DNA of 64,000 nt, taken from contig QCNO01000003.1 in NCBI GenBank assembly GCA_003213165.1, forward strand, positions 21,009 through 85,008, read 5' to 3'. Position 1 is the stretch's first letter. Each line of letters begins with the position of its first letter. The translations under genes were made by a program, and so were the position numbers. The notes beneath the pieces were generated by a model. The model did not search any database and had not been told where the DNA came from. It was given only the letters and a program-made list of their open reading frames with translations. This DNA comes from OCS155 cluster bacterium AG-426-D23 (lineage in GTDB: Bacteria > Actinomycetota > Acidimicrobiia > Actinomarinales > Actinomarinaceae). Positions 58,181-64,000 of the stretch are shown piece after piece.

Positions 58181-59278
58181 TTAACTCCAAGGTAATCCAA
58201 ATTCTCTTAAGCCTAAAACTATTGCAGAAAGTATTAGCCAGACTAAAGATAGTGGAATCATTCTTTTCCATCCTAGTTCCATTAACTGGTCATATCTTAA
58301 TCTAGGGAGTGTTGCTCTTATCCAGACAAAAACAAATAGAAGTAGAAAAGTTTTTACACCTAGCCAAATTATAGGCATTATAACTGAGAAAATTGGAGGT
58401 AATATTCCTTCAAATGTAGGGCCTAGCCATCCACCTAAAAAGAAAGTTGCAGTAATCGCACACATGTTGAACATATTTATATACTCTGCCAAAAAAAACA
58501 TAGCGAATCTAAAACCTGAATATTCAGTATGAAAACCTCCAACTAGTTCTTGTTCAGCTTCAACTAAGTCAAAAGGTGCCCGATTAACTTCAGCTACTGC
58601 AGCTATAAAAAATATTCCAAATGCAACAAATTGAGGAAAAACATTCCATTTAGGAATAAATGAAACGATTGTATTAAGAATTGGAATTGAACTAGATAAA
58701 TTTCCTGATTGGCTATTTACAATATCAACCAATGAAAGTGATCCTGAATACAAAATAACAGGGACTAATGCTAAGCCCATAGCAGCTTCATAGGAAATCA
58801 TTTGTGCGGAAGCTCTTACCCCTCCTAATAAAGGATATTTTGATCCTGAAGACCATCCAGCCAATACAACGCTATATACAGCAATTGAGGATAATGCTAA
58901 GAAGTACAGGACTCCTACGTTTAAATCTGCACCAACTAATGGAATAGTATATAGTGCATTTTGCCATTCAACCGTAATATCAGGCCCTAAAGGAATAATC
59001 ATAAAGATTAAAAAAGATGGAACAAGTGCGATTAATGGTGCAAGAAGGTACATTGCCCTGTCAGCTTTTGAAGGGAGAATCTGTTCTTTTAATAATAACT
59101 TAATAGCATCAGCTAAAGTTTGAAGTATTCCAAATGGACCAGCTCTATCAGGTCCAACTCTAGATTGCATACCTGCAACTACTTTTCTTTCAAACCAAAT
59201 TAATAATATTGTATTCGTTAATAAAACTGCCAAAACTATGTTTGCTTTTACCAGTGAAATTATTAACTCAATTGACAT
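58181..59278 (-). CDS. nuoH: NADH-quinone oxidoreductase subunit H (operon 2)
   Basis: 365-aa ORF with the APFDLVEAEQELVGGFHTEYSG signature. Confidence 0.94.
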   Translation of the reverse strand: MSIELIISLVKANIVLAVLLTNTILLIWFERKVVAGMQSRVGPDRAGPFGILQTLADAIKLLLKEQILPSKADRAMYLLAPLIALVPSFLIFMIIPLGPDITVEWQNALYTIPLVGADLNVGVLYFLALSSIAVYSVVLAGWSSGSKYPLLGGVRASAQMISYEAAMGLALVPVILYSGSLSLVDIVNSQSGNLSSSIPILNTIVSFIPKWNVFPQFVAFGIFFIAAVAEVNRAPFDLVEAEQELVGGFHTEYSGFRFAMFFLAEYINMFNMCAITATFFLGGWLGPTFEGILPPIFSVIMPIIWLGVKTFLLLFVFVWIRATLPRLRYDQLMELGWKRMIPLSLVWLILSAIVLGLREFGLPWS

Positions 59279-61580
59279 TTAAAGCTTCCTTGGATTGATT
59301 TGGCGATATTTCAATGGTTTCTGAAAAATCAAATCTGTTAAAATTTCTTCTATTTTGCGGAATAAATATTACTCCATCCGCAAGTTTGTTATTAACAACA
59401 TAATTTGCCGAGACATTGTGTCCATTCTGTTTTAATGTGCATTCACCAGATGATAAATTAAGTTTTTCAATTGTGGATTCACTTGCTTCAATAAATTGTT
59501 TTGCGCCGAGTAGTGATATGCTATCTGAGTAACGAATAGTTATATTGTCTCCATAAAGCTTTTTTCCAACAAAATATTTAGAAGTTAGATTCTCATTTAA
59601 TTCAGTTGATATATTGGGCTGGTAATCATTAATAATCCCATCAAAATTACTTGGTTTATCTAAATTTTTAAATGATGGACTGTCTTGATCATCAAAATCT
59701 TGATAAGCTAACTCGTTTAAGCCATCTAGGCTATCAATATTATTATTGAAATTACAAAAGTTAGAAAGACCAGAGATAAACTCCCAATCACTCAAACTTT
59801 GGCCAGGTGAAGGTACCAGCTTATCAATTCTTGAAGTTCTAAATTCGATATTAGTAAAGGTTCCTTCTTTCTCTCCTAGTGTTGAACTCGTGGGAATAAT
59901 GTAATTGCCTAATTCAGAAGTTTCATGTAAAAATAAATCTAAACATACGACATTATCTATATCTTGAATAATTCTATGAATTTCATTTGAGAAAACAGAT
60001 CTACCTATTGGGTCAGATCCAACAACAAACAGTAAATCAGTATTTTCAGCACTTACATTTTTTGTAAAATCTCTCAGATTTTTTACATTATCTAAATTAT
60101 TAATTGCACCAAAAGTATTACCACTTGAAAATGCATTCATTATTTTTGAGTTAGAATTTTCGACTAAATATGATACTAATTTATCTAAATTCTCATCTAG
60201 TTGATAAGGGGTAGATTTTCCAATTATTGCTGTCACATTCTTATCTTTAACGTGCTCTTTTATGCCTTTTAATTTAGATATATCTTTTATTATTTCAAAA
60301 TTTTCAGAAACAATATCATCGGAATAATAAAAATCAGCTATGTCTTTCAAGGTTGAGTTTGAATGGCCAAAAACTATAAGTTTCGCTCCATTTTTTACAG
60401 CTTGCCTCACTCGTAAATAGAGTACTGGGAGATTTTCTTTTAAATCTTCAGACCAAATTACAATTGCTTCAGAGTTATTTAAATCATCAATTGTTGCTCT
60501 GTTTATACCTTTTTCAAAAAATCCAGCATATAGATAGTCATCGTTTAAATAGAAGGTTTGATTTGTTGAAGGAAAGTTTTTAGCAAACTCATTAAAAGCA
60601 ACATAATCTTCATTGGTACTATTAGTGCCTATTAGAAAATTTATATTTGTATTACTATCGCTAATTAAATCACTTAACTCTGTATAAATTTCTTTTATTG
60701 ACGTTTCCATAAATTCATTGTCTAATTTTTTTAATGGAGTTTTTAACCTAAATTCTGAATTCAAGTATTCAAAATTGTATCTACCTTTATCACAAAGCCA
60801 ACCTTGATTTACACTATCGTTGTCAATTCCAAGAATTCTAAGCATTTTGTTTTGAGATGAGTTTAATTCTGTTGAACAACCTACTGGACAACCATTACAT
60901 GTTGATCTAACTGATTTTAGATCCCAGGGTCTTGCTTTAAACCTGTATGAAGTTGACGTTAATGCACCTACGGGACAGATTTGTACTGTGTTGCCAGAAA
61001 AGTAAGATTTAAAAGGTTCGTTGGGAAAAGTATTAACTTCTGTTTTATTGCCTCTTTGAATAAATTCAATTAGTGGATCTCCAGAAATTTCATCAGAAAA
61101 CCTTGTACATCGAGCACACAGAATACATCTTTCTCTGTCTAAAAGAATAATTTCAGAAATAGAAATTGGTTTTTCAAAGTGTCTTTTTTCTTCCACAAAT
61201 CTACTTTCCCCAGGTCCATAAGCCATAGTCTGATCTTGTAAAGGACACTCACCAGCTTTATCACATATAGGACAATCAAGCGGATGATTGATTAACAAAA
61301 ATTCTAAAACTCCTTCTTGAGCTTTTTTTACTACTTCAGACTCAGTATCTACAACCATTTCATCGGTTACTTCAGTAGTACATGATGGAACTAACATTTT
61401 TCCTCTTGGAGTTTCTATTTCCACTAGACACATCCTGCACATTCCAACAGGGTCTAGTCTTTTATGCCAGCAAAATCTAGGTATATGAATTCCTGAGTCT
61501 TCACATGCTTCAATTAATAATTTGTTAGGAGCTGATTCAATTTGATTTCCGTTTACATTTATTTTTATACTTTCACTCAT
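59268..61580 (-). CDS. nuoG: NADH-quinone oxidoreductase subunit G
   Basis: 770-aa ORF with an N-terminal 2Fe-2S Cys pattern, HPLDCPICDKAGECPLQ, CILCARCTRF, and an additional CNGCPVGC...C cluster motif ahead of a molybdopterin-like domain. Confidence 0.94.
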   Translation of the reverse strand: MSESIKINVNGNQIESAPNKLLIEACEDSGIHIPRFCWHKRLDPVGMCRMCLVEIETPRGKMLVPSCTTEVTDEMVVDTESEVVKKAQEGVLEFLLINHPLDCPICDKAGECPLQDQTMAYGPGESRFVEEKRHFEKPISISEIILLDRERCILCARCTRFSDEISGDPLIEFIQRGNKTEVNTFPNEPFKSYFSGNTVQICPVGALTSTSYRFKARPWDLKSVRSTCNGCPVGCSTELNSSQNKMLRILGIDNDSVNQGWLCDKGRYNFEYLNSEFRLKTPLKKLDNEFMETSIKEIYTELSDLISDSNTNINFLIGTNSTNEDYVAFNEFAKNFPSTNQTFYLNDDYLYAGFFEKGINRATIDDLNNSEAIVIWSEDLKENLPVLYLRVRQAVKNGAKLIVFGHSNSTLKDIADFYYSDDIVSENFEIIKDISKLKGIKEHVKDKNVTAIIGKSTPYQLDENLDKLVSYLVENSNSKIMNAFSSGNTFGAINNLDNVKNLRDFTKNVSAENTDLLFVVGSDPIGRSVFSNEIHRIIQDIDNVVCLDLFLHETSELGNYIIPTSSTLGEKEGTFTNIEFRTSRIDKLVPSPGQSLSDWEFISGLSNFCNFNNNIDSLDGLNELAYQDFDDQDSPSFKNLDKPSNFDGIINDYQPNISTELNENLTSKYFVGKKLYGDNITIRYSDSISLLGAKQFIEASESTIEKLNLSSGECTLKQNGHNVSANYVVNNKLADGVIFIPQNRRNFNRFDFSETIEISPNQSKEALNVN

Positions 61581-62866
61581 AAAAGAACCTTGGTTGGAAT
61601 TAAACTTTCAACCTCTTCTCTGAAATCATTCATTAAAGATGTTATAGGTGATACAGCTGAGGGTCCTAGTGGACAAATAGTTGTCATTTTTGGAGGCCAA
61701 GAGAGACCGGGTGAAATATTATCACAAACATCAAGAAGCAGGTCGATATCTGATGCCCGACCTCTACCAGAAGCAACTCTGTCTAATATCATTTCTAACC
61801 ATGTTGTTCCCTCTCTGCATGGTGTACATTGACCACATGATTCATGAGCAAAAAAACTAACAATGCTTTTTGCAGCGTTTACAAGATTTGTGTCCTCATC
61901 CATCATCACAACTGCCCCGGAGCCAAGCATAGAATTGTTATTTGCTACATCATCAATTGTCATTTTGATGTCAAGTTGATCACCCCTAAACCAAGGGGCG
62001 GACGCACCACCAGGAATATAGGCTTTGACTTTTTTATTATTTCTTATTCCATTGCCTAGGGACTCAACAAACTCTCCAAATGAACTTCCCATTTCAATTT
62101 CGTAATTCCCAGGATTATTTACATGACCTGAAAGACTGAAAATTCTTGTTCCAGTAGACCCTTCAACACCTAACTTGTTATATTCTTTGCCAGTATTTTC
62201 CATAATCCATGGAACAGATGAAATTGTCTCAACATTGTTAACTAAAGTAGGTTTCATATATAGGCCCTTTACCGCAGGAAAATAAGGAGGTTTTAACCTG
62301 GGCTCTCCTCGTCTCCCTTCGAGTGAATTAAGTAATGCAGTTTCTTCACCACATATATATGCACCCGCACCTAAATGAACAACTAGATCTAAATTCATTT
62401 CAGAGTTAAAAATATTTTTTCCTAAATAACCTTTTTGATAAGCTTGATCTACTGCATCCTGAACTCTTCTTGCAGGTTTTGCATATTCTCCCCTGATGTA
62501 AATAAATGCATTTTCAATGTTTGCAGCAAAACAAGTAATGATTATTCCTTCAATTAGTTGGTGAGGGTCTCTCTCAAGTAAAATTCTATCTTTGAAAGTT
62601 CCGGGTTCTGATTCGTCAGCGTTTATTACTAAATATCTATCTTCATTCTCAGCTAAAAAACCCCACTTAACTCCAGTGGGAAAACCTGCGCCACCTCTAC
62701 CTCTTATATTTGATACCTTAATTTCTTCGAGTACGTTTTCAGGTGAACCATTAATTAAAGTTTTTCTTGCTGTTTCATATCCACCATTTTTTTCATAACT
62801 ATCGATTAAATGGCTATCTTCAGGATTTTCACGCATGTGTTTGGTTAAAAGAAGAGTTTCTTTCAC
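61577..62866 (-). CDS. nuoF: NADH-quinone oxidoreductase subunit F
   Basis: 429-aa ORF with the GRGGAGFPTGVKW and NADESEPGTFKDR FMN/NADH motifs and the ESCGQCTPCREG N3 cluster motif. Confidence 0.96.
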   Translation of the reverse strand: MKETLLLTKHMRENPEDSHLIDSYEKNGGYETARKTLINGSPENVLEEIKVSNIRGRGGAGFPTGVKWGFLAENEDRYLVINADESEPGTFKDRILLERDPHQLIEGIIITCFAANIENAFIYIRGEYAKPARRVQDAVDQAYQKGYLGKNIFNSEMNLDLVVHLGAGAYICGEETALLNSLEGRRGEPRLKPPYFPAVKGLYMKPTLVNNVETISSVPWIMENTGKEYNKLGVEGSTGTRIFSLSGHVNNPGNYEIEMGSSFGEFVESLGNGIRNNKKVKAYIPGGASAPWFRGDQLDIKMTIDDVANNNSMLGSGAVVMMDEDTNLVNAAKSIVSFFAHESCGQCTPCREGTTWLEMILDRVASGRGRASDIDLLLDVCDNISPGLSWPPKMTTICPLGPSAVSPITSLMNDFREEVESLIPTKVLL

Positions 62867-63477
62867 TTTTTCTCCTTTGTAGTGTTAAATGTTTGAAATC
62901 CTGGCACAGATCCAGTAGTTCCCGATTGGTCTTTAATAGCCCAGTCAAAAGATTTTGTTCCTCCGAAATTATCTTGCATTTCTTCAGCAATTATCACATC
63001 GGGTTGTTCTTTTTTTAGCCACTCGCAGAGTTTTATAGTGTTTTCAGAAGACAGACCTTCAACAGTTTCATAATTTATTTGCATTGCAGGAGCTCCACCG
63101 CATGCTCCTATGCATTCAACTGCTTCAAATGTAAATAAGTCGTTCTCATCAGTTTCGTTATTGTTTAGCCCTGTAAAGTCTTTAACAACATCAATTATCT
63201 CTTTAGAATTGTTTATTTCACAGGAAATAGATTTACAAACACTTAAAAGATATTTTCCTGTTGGTTCTTGCTTGTACATTGAATAAAAAGTTGACACCGA
63301 TTTTACTTGAACCTCTGTAATGCCCACCAATTCACTTATTACGGCAGTAGAGTCGTCGGAAATATAGCCATCTTTACTTTGTGCAAGGTGTAAAAGCGGA
63401 CCAATTGCTGATCTTTTTTGAGGATACATTTTTATTATCTTTTTAGCTTGCTTTATCATTGAATCATTCCAGCTCAT
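62863..63477 (-). CDS. nuoE: NADH-quinone oxidoreductase subunit E
   Basis: 204-aa ORF with the 2Fe-2S ligand pattern CKSISC ... CIGACGGAP, plus a C-terminal extension. Confidence 0.92.
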   Translation of the reverse strand: MSWNDSMIKQAKKIIKMYPQKRSAIGPLLHLAQSKDGYISDDSTAVISELVGITEVQVKSVSTFYSMYKQEPTGKYLLSVCKSISCEINNSKEIIDVVKDFTGLNNNETDENDLFTFEAVECIGACGGAPAMQINYETVEGLSSENTIKLCEWLKKEQPDVIIAEEMQDNFGGTKSFDWAIKDQSGTTGSVPGFQTFNTTKEKK

Positions 63478-64000
63478 CTGTCTACATCTCCAATCACAGG
63501 ATCTAATGATGCGATAGCAGCAACAGCGTCGGCAATTGGACTATCAGTCATTATTACAGGCAAAGCCTGTAGATTACAAAATGAAGGACCTCTGACGTGC
63601 ATTCTGTATGGTTTTGAAGAACCATCAGAAACTATATAACAACCGAGCTCTCCTCTTGGAGATTCTATAGCAACATATGCATCTCCTTCAGGAACTTTAA
63701 ATCCCTCAGTGTAAATTTTAAAATGATGAATTAGTGCTTCCATAGACTCATCAAGTCTTTTTCTAGGCGGAGGTGTGATCTTTTTGTCTTGAACTTTGTA
63801 TGGACCTTTTGGCATTTTGTTAAGTGCTTGTTCTACAATTTTTAAACTCTCAAAAATTTCAAGAACTTTAATTCTCCATCTTGCAAAAACATCTCCTTCA
63901 TTCAAAACTGGTACTTCGAATTCAAAGTTTTCAATTCCAGAATATGGTTGAGCTTTTCTCAAATCCCAAGAATGACCACTTGCTCTTAAACTTGGTCCTG
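63474..64000 (-). CDS. nuoD: NADH-quinone oxidoreductase subunit D (operon 2), partial; continues beyond the window edge
   Basis: The frame is open to position 64000 (...GPSLRASGHSWDLRKAQPYSG...) and ends with IGDVDR. The M of the tracked ORF is an internal TTG. Confidence 0.93.
   Translation of the reverse strand, partial: GPSLRASGHSWDLRKAQPYSGIENFEFEVPVLNEGDVFARWRIKVLEIFESLKIVEQALNKMPKGPYKVQDKKITPPPRKRLDESMEALIHHFKIYTEGFKVPEGDAYVAIESPRGELGCYIVSDGSSKPYRMHVRGPSFCNLQALPVIMTDSPIADAVAAIASLDPVIGDVDR

Noticed and set aside
28023-64000. Two nuo operons as an assembly duplication or chimera
   Set aside because: Paralogous subunits differ extensively in sequence and length (e.g. NuoI 161 vs 204 aa, NuoL 671 vs 633 aa), and the flanking genes are unique. 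They are therefore genuine paralogues. A binning chimera cannot be fully excluded from sequence alone.
1-64000. Search for CRISPR arrays, transposases/IS elements, integrases, prophage genes, toxin-antitoxin pairs, rRNA genes
   Set aside because: No direct-repeat/spacer arrays, no transposase- or integrase-like ORFs and no rRNA-like sequence were recognised on either strand.

Overview
The window is an AT-rich bacterial chromosome segment, roughly one-third G+C by eye (not computed), tightly packed, with no mobile elements, CRISPR arrays or rRNA genes. Gene order and lineage markers suggest a genome-streamlined, low-GC actinobacterium, possibly a marine Actinomarinales-like organism. The markers are tRNA-Tyr/Thr/Met-rpmG ... 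tRNA-Trp-secE-nusG, an ~80-aa coiled-coil insertion in RpoC, and an N-terminally extended NusG. This taxonomic call is an inference.

Positions 1-23031 form one co-directional minus-strand block: three tRNAs, rpmG, an ECF sigma/zinc anti-sigma pair, tRNA-Trp, secE-nusG, rplKA, rplJL, rpoBC, rpsLG-fusA-tuf, and the S10/spc ribosomal operon down to rpsN.

Positions 23.1-24.8 kb carry a membrane protein plus an anchored PD40-like protein. Positions 24.8-38.0 kb are a second long minus-strand block holding an 11-gene complex I operon (nuoABCD-HIJKLMN, no nuoEFG). It is followed without gaps by a DUF185/NDUFAF7-like methyltransferase, htpX, a rhodanese and a PfkB kinase.

Positions 38-51.7 kb are the accessory part. 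It contains an alkaline-phosphatase-superfamily enzyme, a DUF4349 protein, a clear heliorhodopsin gene and an Fe(III)-type ABC importer. The importer is divergent from a DtxR-family regulator whose metal ligands look degenerate. The region also holds a DUF454 protein, tdk, a quinone oxidoreductase, small membrane/lipoprotein/SRPBCC genes, and an ABC-2 exporter with a frameshifted TetR gene and a perfect 16-bp palindrome.

Positions 51.7-64.0 kb hold a second, classical complex I operon (partial nuoD, then nuoEFGHIJKLMN) followed by a tightly coupled 44-aa ORF.

The leads most worth follow-up are:
- the heliorhodopsin locus and its neighbours;
- the NuoEFG-less complex I with an NDUFAF7-like methyltransferase fused to its operon;
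- the degenerate DtxR regulator with its unusually long control region.
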